64,000 nucleotides of DNA from Bradymonadia bacterium (lineage in GTDB: Bacteria; Myxococcota_A; Bradymonadia; UBA7976; UBA1532): positions 320,001-384,000 of the forward strand of contig JBKAGE010000078.1 of the NCBI GenBank assembly GCA_046290225.1. Direction: 5' to 3'. Under the pieces are notes generated by a model, which did no database searches, was not told where the DNA came from, and was given only the letters and a program-made list of their open reading frames with translations. Shown in pieces: positions 42,871 through 52,537 of this stretch. The stretch's first letter is position 1. Each line of letters starts with the position of its first letter. A program made the translations under genes and the position numbers.

Positions 42871-43686
42871 ATGACTGAGCCCCACATGGATGACGCGGCC
42901 CTCGACGCCCTGGCCTTCAAGGCCATGGGTGGGGGGGTGCCCGTCGAACCGCCTGATCCTGACGAGGCGCCTTCCCTCGATGAAGGCCTCATCCTCGCCT
43001 GGCAAGCAGGGCAGCTCGACGAGCACACATCGGCCCGTGTCGAGGCTGCCCTCGCCGCTGATCCAGAGGCCCGGGCGGTGGCCCTGGCCCTGGCGGAGCT
43101 GAACGCGTCGCCGGAGCTTGTGGATGATGTGATGCACCGGGCCTTGGAGAGCCAGAAGCCGAAGGCCATCTGGCGGTGGCCCACAGCAATGGCCGCAGCA
43201 GCGGCACTGGCCATTGGAGTGTGGTGGGGTCAACAAGAGCAGCGACTGCCAGGGCCAGACTATGCCTCGGGACCGCTGCTCGGTGCTGCACAAGTCTACC
43301 GCGGACCCGATCAGCCTCAGACCACATCTCCGGTCTATCTGCCGAGCAACACGCTGATGGTGAAGCTGCGACCTGCGACACCGCAAAGCGCGCCGAAGGT
43401 GCACATCTTCGGTGCCTTCGAGGGCGGCCAGCTCGAAGTCCTCTCAGATCATGTCGTCGAGCCCGTCGAGGGTGGCGGCCTCATCATCTCGGCGCCGGCG
43501 AGCGGCCTGTTCGGAGATCGCTTCGGCCCCTGGCGGTTGCATGTGGTCCTCGGCGATGTGCCCGAAGGGCTCGGCCGACGCGGTGAGGCTGAAGTGGATG
43601 CCAGAGCGCGCAGCTCGGGCACCACGTGGATGTCCTTCGATCTCCGCTATGCCCCCACCCTGAAGACAGATGAGGTGGAGCCCTGA
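42871..43686 (+). CDS. Putative transmembrane anti-sigma factor
   Basis: LAWQAGQLD...ARVEAALAADPEAR (zinc-free ASD-like), one TM helix, extracytoplasmic beta domain; adjacent to ECF sigma. Confidence 0.78.
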   Translation: MTEPHMDDAALDALAFKAMGGGVPVEPPDPDEAPSLDEGLILAWQAGQLDEHTSARVEAALAADPEARAVALALAELNASPELVDDVMHRALESQKPKAIWRWPTAMAAAAALAIGVWWGQQEQRLPGPDYASGPLLGAAQVYRGPDQPQTTSPVYLPSNTLMVKLRPATPQSAPKVHIFGAFEGGQLEVLSDHVVEPVEGGGLIISAPASGLFGDRFGPWRLHVVLGDVPEGLGRRGEAEVDARARSSGTTWMSFDLRYAPTLKTDEVEP

Positions 43687-44339
43687 TTCTCTCACTCCTG
43701 CATCTGCTCACCGCCCTCCCCGGCGGCTTTGGTGATCGAGCCGACGAGGTCTTGATCAAGAAAGCCCTTGGAGGCCACAGCGGCGCTCTGCGCATGCTGG
43801 CGCGGCGTATTCTCCCAGTCATCAAGGCCCGGGCGCTGGCCTACACCCGTCGCCGTGGTGGTGATCTGGGAGTACACGACGCCGATGATCTCGTTCAGGA
43901 GATCTGGCTGACCCTGCTCAGCGATGACGGCCGTCTACTCAAGACCTATGACGCCACCCGGGGCAAATCCCTCGAGGGCTATGTCGGCCTGATCTGTCGT
44001 CGTGAGCTGTGGCGTCGTGCCCGGGCCCACGGCGCCATCCGCCGTGGAGGCGAAGCCCAGATCGCCCCCCTCGAAGCAGCCGCCGAGGCCCCGACCTCTG
44101 CCCCCGATCCCGAAGCCATCGTCATGGGGCAGAACCTGCTCGATGGTCTCTCGAGCTATCTGAGCGAGCAGCTGCCCGAGCGCGGCCGCCTCGTGCTCTC
44201 GGCCATCTACGAAGACCACCTCGAGCCGGCGAAGGCTGCGCAGATGATGGGGGTCAAGGTGCAGGTCGTGTACAACTGGCAGCACAAGATCCGCGGACTC
44301 ATCAAAGCCTACTGCGCCGAAGCTGGGGTGGCGGTCTGA
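43683..44339 (+). CDS. ECF-type RNA polymerase sigma factor (probable CTG start at 43683; first canonical start TTG 43752)
   Basis: DEVLIKKALGG, DADDLVQEIWL (region 2), LPERGRLVL...AAQMMGV..QVVYNW (region 4 HTH). Confidence 0.88.
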   Translation: MILSLLHLLTALPGGFGDRADEVLIKKALGGHSGALRMLARRILPVIKARALAYTRRRGGDLGVHDADDLVQEIWLTLLSDDGRLLKTYDATRGKSLEGYVGLICRRELWRRARAHGAIRRGGEAQIAPLEAAAEAPTSAPDPEAIVMGQNLLDGLSSYLSEQLPERGRLVLSAIYEDHLEPAKAAQMMGVKVQVVYNWQHKIRGLIKAYCAEAGVAV

Positions 44340-47056
44340 GGGCCCTACTTCGCTCGCACGCGCTGTGGATCTGCAGTGTGCTGGCCCTCTGCGCATGTCA
44401 GAAGGCACCAGAGCCGGCGCCAGCCCCTGCACCTCTCGAAGCGCTCATCATCAACCCCACAGCGCTGATTCGCGAGGGCACGAACGCCCAATACTGGCTC
44501 ACCCCTGGACGCAGTCTGCTCGTACAACTGAACGCGTCGAGTATCGCGGGCGCCTGGACTCTACACCTGCCTGATCGCAACATAGCCGGCAAGGTGGCTG
44601 GTCCATCAGTCCTCCGGTTTGAGCTGCCAAGCTCTATCCCACAGCCCCCCGAACGCGTTGAGCTGCGCTTGATTGGGCCCGGGCGACGGGAGATGCGCTG
44701 GCTGGTCCGATGGGTCAGTGATCCCCCACCTGCACGTCAAAAAGCTGCCCGCCTGAGCCGGGCAAGTGCCCGAGAGGCACTGAAGGCGCTCGGCTCGATG
44801 ACGCCGGAAGACTCAGTCTGGGCAACGCCGTTCAAGGCGCGGCTCAAGACGAGTCTCGAAGGGCCTCGCGCCGGTGTCGAAGCCTGGCTTGAAGGCGCCA
44901 GACTTGCTGGCACCCATGGTGTCCTCTCAGAACAGATGCGCAATCTGCACATCGCCGCCCACATGGCAGTGGGTGCCCAAATGTTCTCAGAAGCGAGCGA
45001 GGTTTTGGCTCAGGCCAGAGATCTCAACGTCTTTGACATCCAACCCCGCAGTCGATGGGACAATCAACACGCCCAGAGCTACCTCCATGCTCAGTTGGGT
45101 CAATGGATGCTCAGCAGACGTGCCCTCGAAGGCGCTCTGGCCGGTTATCGAGAGGCGGGGCTCTCGAACGAGGCAGCGTCAGCAGGCAACTCTCTCGCGT
45201 TGTTGCTCTCTGATTTGGGCCATCATCGTATCGCGCTGGAGGTGCTCAAGGGTGAAGTCGATCCTGATGCTCTGCCCACTCACCTCCAGCTTCTGCGAAA
45301 CGTCAACCTCGGCTGGATACTGCTCCGCGGCGCAACGGAGCGCATGTGGCCCCTGGACGAGGCAAGGCTCACCTCGCTCTTCACAGGCGCCCTGGCCTAC
45401 GCTCAGGAGGCCCATGGTGACCTGGATGTCGCCAACATCCGCGCCAACCTCGCCCTCACAGCCATCCTCGCAAACAACCTCGCCGAGGCCGAAACCCACC
45501 TCACCGCAGCCGAAGCCGCTGATCCTCGGGGAGAGAGTTTCGCCGCTCTGTTCATCGCTCGCCTCAAGGGTGAACTGGCCCTAGCGAAGGGAGACGCCCA
45601 GCAAGCGCTCGAGATCTTCGCAGTTGCTGAGCTGCTGGCCCGACGCAAGGCCAACGGAGACTGTGAGGACTGTTGGCGAGGCGCCTGGGGCAGCGGCCGC
45701 GCAGCGCTGGCCCTCGGCAACAGACAACACGCCCTGGAGATCTTCCGGCGAGCCATCGATGAGATGGATCGGCTCGCCCAATTTGCCTCGGTTACCGAAG
45801 ATCGAGGGCGCTTCAGAGCTGACCGCCGTGACCTCGTCGATGACACGCTCAGGTTGCTGCTCCACGATGCATGTGGTGCCAAAGGCCCCTGCCTGGACGA
45901 AGCCTTTGCCCTTGCAGATGCGCGGCGGGCAGCCCCCCTCGACGATTTGCTCAGTCGACTCCAGGCCGACCATCTGTCAGCCACCGAAGCACAACACCGA
46001 CGTGCCCGCATCGACGCCGCTCGGCAAGCTCAACGCGAGCTCCGCACATTGGTGGAGCGTGGCGCGGTCGTCCCTGAATCCGAACAGGCTCAGTGGCAGG
46101 CAGCCCACGTCCAGGCCAAAGCCGCCCGGGATGCAGCCTTCGAGGATGCGTTTGCCTTCGCCGGGCCCGCCAGCGGGGATCCCCAACAGCACAGTCCGCA
46201 CTCGATACGTCAGCACCTGGGCGATGACGCGGCCCTGCTCCTGATCACCCCCCTCGATGAAGGCTGGTACAGCTTCTGGCTCGACAACACCGTCCTCCGC
46301 GGTGCGGCGATCACCGACGACCCACTCGCACCCTGGACCGACGCCCTCAAAGACATTCGACACCTGTACGTGGTACCTGGAGGGCACCCCAAAGGCCTTG
46401 CCATCGCCACTGACGCCCTTGGGGATCGACCACCCCTCCTCAAGTCCCACACAGTGGCTGTACTGCCGCATGGCGGCCTGCTCAACGAGAAAGCCGCCAC
46501 GGCATCGGGGCCACCTGTCATCATCGCTGACCCGAGAGGCGACCTCTCTGGAGCAGCCGAGGAGGGCCGCCAGCTCGCCACACGCTGGCCTGATGCGCAG
46601 GTGCTCTCGGGCCCGCGCGCCAGAACAGCCCCAGTCCTCGATCACCTCACGCAGGCACGTAGGGTGCATTTCGCCGGCCACGGCGTCTTGCACAGGGCCG
46701 ACCCGTGGGCCGCCCACCTCGCGCTCTTCGACACCGACACCCTCGACGTGTACGCCATCCTCACCCACCCGGTGCCCAGCGAGCTGGTGTTTCTCAGTGG
46801 CTGTGAGACCGGCGTAGATGATGTGATCCTCGACGAAGAGATCGTGGGCTTGCCCGAGGCGTTTCTCGCTGCTGGGGCACGCTCCGTGGTGGCCACCGCC
46901 CGGCCCGTGGCCGATCGCTCTGCCCGGGCCTTCGCCCGGCACTTCTACGATCACCTCGACGCGGGCCCTGCTGCAGCGCTCAGGGCTGCGGCGTTGGCCC
47001 TCGAGGCCGAGGGTGATCCACACTGGACGGCCTACAGGCTGATGGGGAGGCGCTGA
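44336..47056 (+). CDS. TPR-CHAT domain protease 1 (lipoprotein; probable CTG start)
   Basis: Lipobox LCAC about 20 aa after the CTGA overlap; TPR-like helices; IADPRGDL..A.EE, VHFAGHG (His), LSGCETG (Cys), AFLAAGARSVV. Confidence 0.88.
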   Translation: MRALLRSHALWICSVLALCACQKAPEPAPAPAPLEALIINPTALIREGTNAQYWLTPGRSLLVQLNASSIAGAWTLHLPDRNIAGKVAGPSVLRFELPSSIPQPPERVELRLIGPGRREMRWLVRWVSDPPPARQKAARLSRASAREALKALGSMTPEDSVWATPFKARLKTSLEGPRAGVEAWLEGARLAGTHGVLSEQMRNLHIAAHMAVGAQMFSEASEVLAQARDLNVFDIQPRSRWDNQHAQSYLHAQLGQWMLSRRALEGALAGYREAGLSNEAASAGNSLALLLSDLGHHRIALEVLKGEVDPDALPTHLQLLRNVNLGWILLRGATERMWPLDEARLTSLFTGALAYAQEAHGDLDVANIRANLALTAILANNLAEAETHLTAAEAADPRGESFAALFIARLKGELALAKGDAQQALEIFAVAELLARRKANGDCEDCWRGAWGSGRAALALGNRQHALEIFRRAIDEMDRLAQFASVTEDRGRFRADRRDLVDDTLRLLLHDACGAKGPCLDEAFALADARRAAPLDDLLSRLQADHLSATEAQHRRARIDAARQAQRELRTLVERGAVVPESEQAQWQAAHVQAKAARDAAFEDAFAFAGPASGDPQQHSPHSIRQHLGDDAALLLITPLDEGWYSFWLDNTVLRGAAITDDPLAPWTDALKDIRHLYVVPGGHPKGLAIATDALGDRPPLLKSHTVAVLPHGGLLNEKAATASGPPVIIADPRGDLSGAAEEGRQLATRWPDAQVLSGPRARTAPVLDHLTQARRVHFAGHGVLHRADPWAAHLALFDTDTLDVYAILTHPVPSELVFLSGCETGVDDVILDEEIVGLPEAFLAAGARSVVATARPVADRSARAFARHFYDHLDAGPAAALRAAALALEAEGDPHWTAYRLMGRR

Positions 47057-50000
47057 TGAGCAGACATCTCTTCTCACGGTTACATGCCGGGCTGTTCGCC
47101 CTCGGGCTGTTCGTCTTCGTGCTGGGCATCGGAGTCGGGCACGCCGAAGATGACGAGTTCGTGAGCGACGAGGCCATGGAGGCCCTGGCAAAGTTCCAGC
47201 AAGGGCAGAGCCTCTTCGAGGCGGGTCAGGTGGATCGCGCCCTCACGCTCTTCTCCGAGTCCCTCCCCATCGTGGAGACCATTGTGGCGCCGGATTCGCC
47301 GGGGGACATGGGTGACGCCTACTCCACCGTAGCCCGGTCGGCCTATACCGCGGAGCGCTTCGAGCTCGCAGACCAATGGGGCGTACGGGCCTTCGAGCTA
47401 CATCGCAAGGCGCACAAGGGGCATCACCCGAGCGCGGTTCAGGATCTCGATCTGCTCACCGCCACTGCCATGGCTCGAGGCCGATACTTCGAAGCGAGCG
47501 AGCGTCTCGAACAGGCCCTCGTCGTCATCGAGGCCCTCGACCCTTCTGATCCACGGCGCTCCGCAGGGCCCTCCGCAGTGGCTCAGGCCTTTGCCGAGCA
47601 CGGTGCCCGATCACTCGCTTCGAAGTGGTATGCCCACGCTCTGAAGGCCACTGAGGCGCAATTCGGCGCGGATCATCCCAACACCGGGATCGTCTTGAGC
47701 AACCAGGGCAGGCATCTGCTGGCCATTGGCGATCACCGCGGCGCAGCAAAGGCCCACCTCAGGGCCATGGAGATCATGCGCGCCCAGTATGGCGAGGTGC
47801 ACGCCGACACAGCTCGGACCATGGGCTACGCCGGCTGGTCCCTGCTCCACGCTGGGCAGCTGGCGAAGGGACGAAAACTCCTGGAGCAATCTCTCGCCAT
47901 CGAAGAGCAGGTGCACGGCCCGGAGCATGCCGAGGTCGCCGATACGCTGGTCGATCTCTCCGAGCTGTACCTGCACATTGGTGACATCCAACGGGCGCGC
48001 ACGCTGCTCGATCGCGCCGTGGCGATCAACGCAGCAAAGTTGTCGGAGGATGATCCGGACAGAGCCCGAGCGCACTTTGCCCTCGGTGCACTGCACTACA
48101 CCCAAGAAGACTACGACGCCGCCGAGACGCAGCTCACCCTCGCGTACACGCTGCTCACGGCGAAGGGCGAGGCAGGCAGCCAGCTGACTCACCTGCGCTA
48201 CGCTCTGGGATACCTGAAGGCCGAGCAGGGGCAAATCTCGGAGGGCATCGAGCTGCTGAAGACCGCCCTCGAAGAGAGCCAGGGTGAGGGCGGCAAGGCG
48301 AGTCAGCGGGCGCTCTATTCTGCCTTCCTTGGAGAACTCTACGTCCGCGATGGCGATCTCGACGCCGCTCGACCCTACCTCGACGATGCCCTCGCCTACA
48401 TCGAAGGGGCGGATCTGCCCGTTCATCCCTGGGCCGTCTACATGCGCTATGCCCTGCTGGCCCACGTGGACGATCGCCTGGCCACAGCCATCTTCTTCGC
48501 CAAGAAGGCGGTCGCTGCGTTGGAGAGCAGCCGCCGTGAGGTGGCCAGTATGACTGGCGGTGCCCTCGATCACTTCGACGGGACTCATCGACCCACCTAC
48601 GAGCTGCTCGCCGATCTGCTCATCGAGGCAGGCAGGCTCCTGGAAGCGCAGCAGGTCCTCGACTTGCTCAAGCAGGCAGAGTTCAGAGCATTCACGCGCT
48701 CGGATCCTCGGGGGCCCTCTCTCACATGGAACGCTCGAGAGCAACCGATGGTGGTCCGTCGGGAGTCTGGCGGACCCAAGGGCGGCTATGTGGAGATCAC
48801 GCACCGTCTCGCCAGCGCAGGCCGGGCCTACGAGGCGCTGCTCGCCCGAAAGCGGCAGGCCCTCCGAGAAGGTCGCCCCTGGGCCGAGGCGCAGGAAAAA
48901 GTGCTTCAGACCCTCCGCAGCGATCTCGGGGCAGCCCGAAGCGCCTATCTCGCCCAACTCGCTCAGCTCGAAGAGACGCTGAAGGCCAGAGACGACGGCG
49001 ATCTGCTCGGAAGACACCAGCTCAAGCGGCTCAGTGCGCTCCAGAGCACGCTCCGCCGCATCGGTGAGGGTACCGTGCTGGTCCACGCCCTCATCACCGA
49101 TGACGCATTGCACCTGCTGCTCACCACCCCAGGCGTACAGCTCGTGCGGACTGTACCGATCAAGCGCGCGGACCTGTACCGCGACATCCACACCATGCGA
49201 CAGGCCCTCGCCTCCCCCTCGATGCCGATCCACGACGCCGCCGGGCGCATGTACAAGCATCTCGTCGCCCCGATTCGCGAAGATCTCCGCCAGGCAGGCG
49301 CACGGACGATCTTGTTCGCTCTCGATGGTCCGCTGCGTTACCTGCCCCCTGCGGCGCTGTATGACGCCAAATCGAAACGCTACCTCGTCCAGACCTTTGC
49401 GGTGGCCCACTACACCGAGGCTTCACGCAACACCCTGGAGCGCGATCGCCAGCGCCTGGCCTCCGCCGCAGGCTTGGGGCTGAGCAAGGCTCAGGGTGGG
49501 TTCTCCCCTCTCCCAGCAGTGGGGGAAGAGCTCGATCGGCTGGTCAAGCAGGGGCCGGAGGACGAGGGTGCGATGCCTGGGGTGGTCCATCTCGACGAAG
49601 CGTTCTCCAGAGATGCTCTCGTTGGGGCCCTGGAAGATCGACATCCGGTGGTGCACGTGGCCAGTCACTTCGCCTTTCGCCCAGGCACTGAGGACGATTC
49701 CTATCTCTTGCTCGGTGATGGGCAGCGACTCTCCATCGCCGAGCTGAGATCTGGGGCGTTCCGCTTCGACGAGGTCGAACTGCTCACCCTCTCGGCCTGC
49801 GAGACCGCGCTCTCCACCGGCGCCGACGGTCGAGAGATCGATGGCCTCGCCACCGTGGCACAGGACCGAGGGGCCCAGTCGGTCCTCGCCAGTCTCTGGC
49901 CTGTGGCCGATGTGAGTACTGCCCGACTGATGGGCCACATGTACCAGCGGCTCGTCACCGGCGAGGGCAAGGCCCAGGCCCTCAGGCAAGCGCAGCTGGC

Positions 50001-50169
50001 CCTGCTCAACGGAGAGATTGGTGGCGTCTCCGAGGTGGCAACCACACGGGGCATCGTCAGAGATGGCCCACCGGCGAAGGCTCGCGACGTCTTTGTCCCG
50101 CCCCCTGACGCTCCATGGGCACACCCCTACCACTGGGCCCCGTTCATCCTCATGGGTCACTGGCGATAG
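47056..50169 (+). CDS. TPR-CHAT domain protease 2 (Sec signal peptide)
   Basis: TGATG coupling; signal peptide; kinesin-light-chain-type TPRs (GADHPNT, GEVHADT, GPEHAEV); VHVASH (His), LSACET (Cys), SLWPVAD, HPYHWAPFIL.GHW. Confidence 0.93.
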   Translation: MSRHLFSRLHAGLFALGLFVFVLGIGVGHAEDDEFVSDEAMEALAKFQQGQSLFEAGQVDRALTLFSESLPIVETIVAPDSPGDMGDAYSTVARSAYTAERFELADQWGVRAFELHRKAHKGHHPSAVQDLDLLTATAMARGRYFEASERLEQALVVIEALDPSDPRRSAGPSAVAQAFAEHGARSLASKWYAHALKATEAQFGADHPNTGIVLSNQGRHLLAIGDHRGAAKAHLRAMEIMRAQYGEVHADTARTMGYAGWSLLHAGQLAKGRKLLEQSLAIEEQVHGPEHAEVADTLVDLSELYLHIGDIQRARTLLDRAVAINAAKLSEDDPDRARAHFALGALHYTQEDYDAAETQLTLAYTLLTAKGEAGSQLTHLRYALGYLKAEQGQISEGIELLKTALEESQGEGGKASQRALYSAFLGELYVRDGDLDAARPYLDDALAYIEGADLPVHPWAVYMRYALLAHVDDRLATAIFFAKKAVAALESSRREVASMTGGALDHFDGTHRPTYELLADLLIEAGRLLEAQQVLDLLKQAEFRAFTRSDPRGPSLTWNAREQPMVVRRESGGPKGGYVEITHRLASAGRAYEALLARKRQALREGRPWAEAQEKVLQTLRSDLGAARSAYLAQLAQLEETLKARDDGDLLGRHQLKRLSALQSTLRRIGEGTVLVHALITDDALHLLLTTPGVQLVRTVPIKRADLYRDIHTMRQALASPSMPIHDAAGRMYKHLVAPIREDLRQAGARTILFALDGPLRYLPPAALYDAKSKRYLVQTFAVAHYTEASRNTLERDRQRLASAAGLGLSKAQGGFSPLPAVGEELDRLVKQGPEDEGAMPGVVHLDEAFSRDALVGALEDRHPVVHVASHFAFRPGTEDDSYLLLGDGQRLSIAELRSGAFRFDEVELLTLSACETALSTGADGREIDGLATVAQDRGAQSVLASLWPVADVSTARLMGHMYQRLVTGEGKAQALRQAQLALLNGEIGGVSEVATTRGIVRDGPPAKARDVFVPPPDAPWAHPYHWAPFILMGHWR

Positions 50170-50325
50170 CCACATTCTTCAGTGAAAAAACCTGCACCCT
50201 GGGAACCTGTGCCGGGGGTGAATGTCGAACGGTTCAGCAGGGGGCGCTCGCCGTCCCATAGTCGAAAACGCATGTCATTCCCGCTGGTTGATTCCCTATA
50301 GAGGGCACAGGCGTGGTGTATCTCG

Positions 50326-51786
50326 ATGGCGGTCAGGCGCCCCGCGCCGCCCACCAGCGACACGCACCGATCTGCCCTGACCAGAGCCAGGGTGAAGGCT
50401 GGATGGATGGCCGATAGAAACGGCCAGAAGCGAGAGGTCGAGATGTCTGCCCCCCAAGTCAGGGAGAACCCACAACCGAGCCCCCTCGGCGTTCACGTGG
50501 CCCTCGTTTGGCGAAACACCATGCTCAAGGATGTGTGGATCCGTCCCGGCGACGCAGCCACCCTCGGCGCCGACCTGAACTGCACGTTCACGTTGCCCGA
50601 GAGCGCTGGAGTCATCGGCACACACACGCTGATTACTCATGATGAGATGGGCCCTCTCCTCATCCCCCCATCGGGCAGCTCCGGGCGCCGTGCCTCTGCG
50701 GCTCAGCTGGCCGCAGATGCCGCCCCCCTCGGCTCCGCCACGATCACACTGGAAGAAGGCGACCGCGGCACGCTCGACCTGGGCCCCTTCACGTTGGTGT
50801 TCCGCTGCGAGCCGCTGCCCGATCGACGCTTGATCCCCAGGGTGGCCCCCTGGCTCGCCTGGGACACGGGCCTGATCGGCGGCATCCTCACCGCCCTCGT
50901 GGGCCAGATGGCGTTTCTGATCGCAGCGTTCTACATCTGGGAGCCCACACCTGCCCTGGCCACGGCGGACTTCGCCGATCGTGACTTCGTTGTGCAGATG
51001 CAGTTGCTGCCGCCCGAGCCGGAGATCGTGGAGCCCGAATCCATCGAAGATGATGAGGGTGCCTCCAAGGCCATTGAGGGTGAGGAGGGTCAGGCAGGAG
51101 AGCCCGAGAAGCCGACGGAGCGACCCACCACCATCAAACGCAAGAAGGACACTGAGACCTCGGGCATGCCCCGCAAGGGTGTCTTTCAAGCGATGGACGG
51201 CTTGAGCAGCCGGGGACCAATGGGCGGCGTCTTCGACGGGGCTGATCGTCTGAAGAACGATCTCGACGCTGCCATGGCTGGGGTGAACGATTCCACCTTT
51301 GTGGGTCGAGGCAACGAAGGCCTGGGCATCAGGGGCACTGGCCCTGGTGGAGGCGGGCTGCACAAGATGGGCACCATCCAGGGGGTCGGGACCCGGTCAG
51401 GTCCCGGGCGCGGGGTCCGCGGCAAAGGGCTGAAGGGCCGGCGCAAGATGCCGAAGACGGTGAAGCCCGATCGCAAGCACGTCAAAGTGGGCGACTACTG
51501 CCGACAGAACGACATCATCAAGGTGGTCAACCGGCGCCAGCGCGGCCTGAAGTTCTGCTACGAGAAAGGTCTGCGAGGCAACCCCGAGCTCCAGGGCAAG
51601 GTCACCTTCTCGTGGCGCATCGGCCTGGACGGCAGGGTCATGAAAGTGCTCGTAGAGGACGACAGCCTGCAGGATCGAGAGGTCACGCAGTGCATGCAGC
51701 GTGCGGTGAAACGCTGGCGCTTCCCCCAGCCCGACGGGGGTCTGTGTCAGGTGCGCTTCCCCTTTGTCTTCAACGCCGGGCTCTGA
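50326..51786 (+). CDS. AgmX/GltG-like protein with TonB-C-like C-terminal domain (start may be 50407 or 50443)
   Basis: FHA-like N-terminus, TM helix, acidic then Gly-rich linker, CYEKGL..P.L.GKV...W.I...G.V...C.....RWRFPQP.GG..V.FPFVF. Confidence 0.82.
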   Translation: MAVRRPAPPTSDTHRSALTRARVKAGWMADRNGQKREVEMSAPQVRENPQPSPLGVHVALVWRNTMLKDVWIRPGDAATLGADLNCTFTLPESAGVIGTHTLITHDEMGPLLIPPSGSSGRRASAAQLAADAAPLGSATITLEEGDRGTLDLGPFTLVFRCEPLPDRRLIPRVAPWLAWDTGLIGGILTALVGQMAFLIAAFYIWEPTPALATADFADRDFVVQMQLLPPEPEIVEPESIEDDEGASKAIEGEEGQAGEPEKPTERPTTIKRKKDTETSGMPRKGVFQAMDGLSSRGPMGGVFDGADRLKNDLDAAMAGVNDSTFVGRGNEGLGIRGTGPGGGGLHKMGTIQGVGTRSGPGRGVRGKGLKGRRKMPKTVKPDRKHVKVGDYCRQNDIIKVVNRRQRGLKFCYEKGLRGNPELQGKVTFSWRIGLDGRVMKVLVEDDSLQDREVTQCMQRAVKRWRFPQPDGGLCQVRFPFVFNAGL

Positions 51787-51805
51787 TCCCGCATACTCCC
51801 CGGCC

Positions 51806-52537
51806 ATGAACGCCACAACGCCTCTCCTCGGCGCCCCCGGCAAGGCCATCATGACCCTGGTCGAGCGGGCGATTCACGATCATCAACTCATCTCCCCTGG
51901 GGATCGCATCGCCGTGGGCATCAGCGGCGGCAAGGACTCCCTGCTGCTGGCCTGCGCCTTCAAGGCCCTCTCCCAGCGCTCCGATCTCGACTTCGAGTGG
52001 TGCGGGGTCCACCTCGACCAGCACCAGCCCGGCTTTGCCCGCGATCAGTTCAATGCCGCCATCGAGGCTCTGGAGATCCCGCTTCAGGTGGTCTCCGAGG
52101 ACACCTGGAGCGTGGTGGAGAGCAAGCTCGCGCCAGGGCAAATCCCCTGCGCGCTGTGCGGCCGCATGCGTCGGGGCATCTTGAACCGCTGGTGCGCTGA
52201 GCACGGCTTCAACACGCTCGCCCTCGGTCACCACCTCGACGATGCCATCGAGACCTTCTTCTTGAACCTTCTGTTTCAGCGAAAACTCGATCCGCTCAAG
52301 CCGGCCACGTCGGCGAGCGCACACCCGGTGACCACCATCCGACCACTCATTCTGGTGGAGGAGCGCAAGATCGTGGACTGGCGGGATCGTCATGGTCTGC
52401 TGCCGGTGCCCTGCCCGGTGTGCGACAGCTTCCCCGAGTCTCGACGGCGGGATCTCAAGCGACTGCTCGAGCAGTTCAAGCAGTTACAGCCTCACGTGGC
52501 CGCCTCGATCCGAGGGGCACTCTACGATCGCAGCTAG
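51806..52537 (+). CDS. ttcA: tRNA 2-thiocytidine biosynthesis protein TtcA family
   Basis: PP-loop SGGKDS, LDQHQPGF, CALCGRMRRG, LGHHLDD.IET..LN, IRPL, CPVC. Confidence 0.88.
   Translation: MNATTPLLGAPGKAIMTLVERAIHDHQLISPGDRIAVGISGGKDSLLLACAFKALSQRSDLDFEWCGVHLDQHQPGFARDQFNAAIEALEIPLQVVSEDTWSVVESKLAPGQIPCALCGRMRRGILNRWCAEHGFNTLALGHHLDDAIETFFLNLLFQRKLDPLKPATSASAHPVTTIRPLILVEERKIVDWRDRHGLLPVPCPVCDSFPESRRRDLKRLLEQFKQLQPHVAASIRGALYDRS

Noticed and set aside
44009..44335. N-terminal 109 aa of the 1015-aa ORF-track call
   Set aside because: Overlaps the sigma gene in another frame and reads as Arg/Pro noise; the lipoprotein signal starts at 44336.
50181..50212. GTGAAAAAACC...CTGTG resembling the sequence at 40317-40345
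   Set aside because: Spacing differs (14 versus 11 bp) and the match is too short to call a shared promoter.
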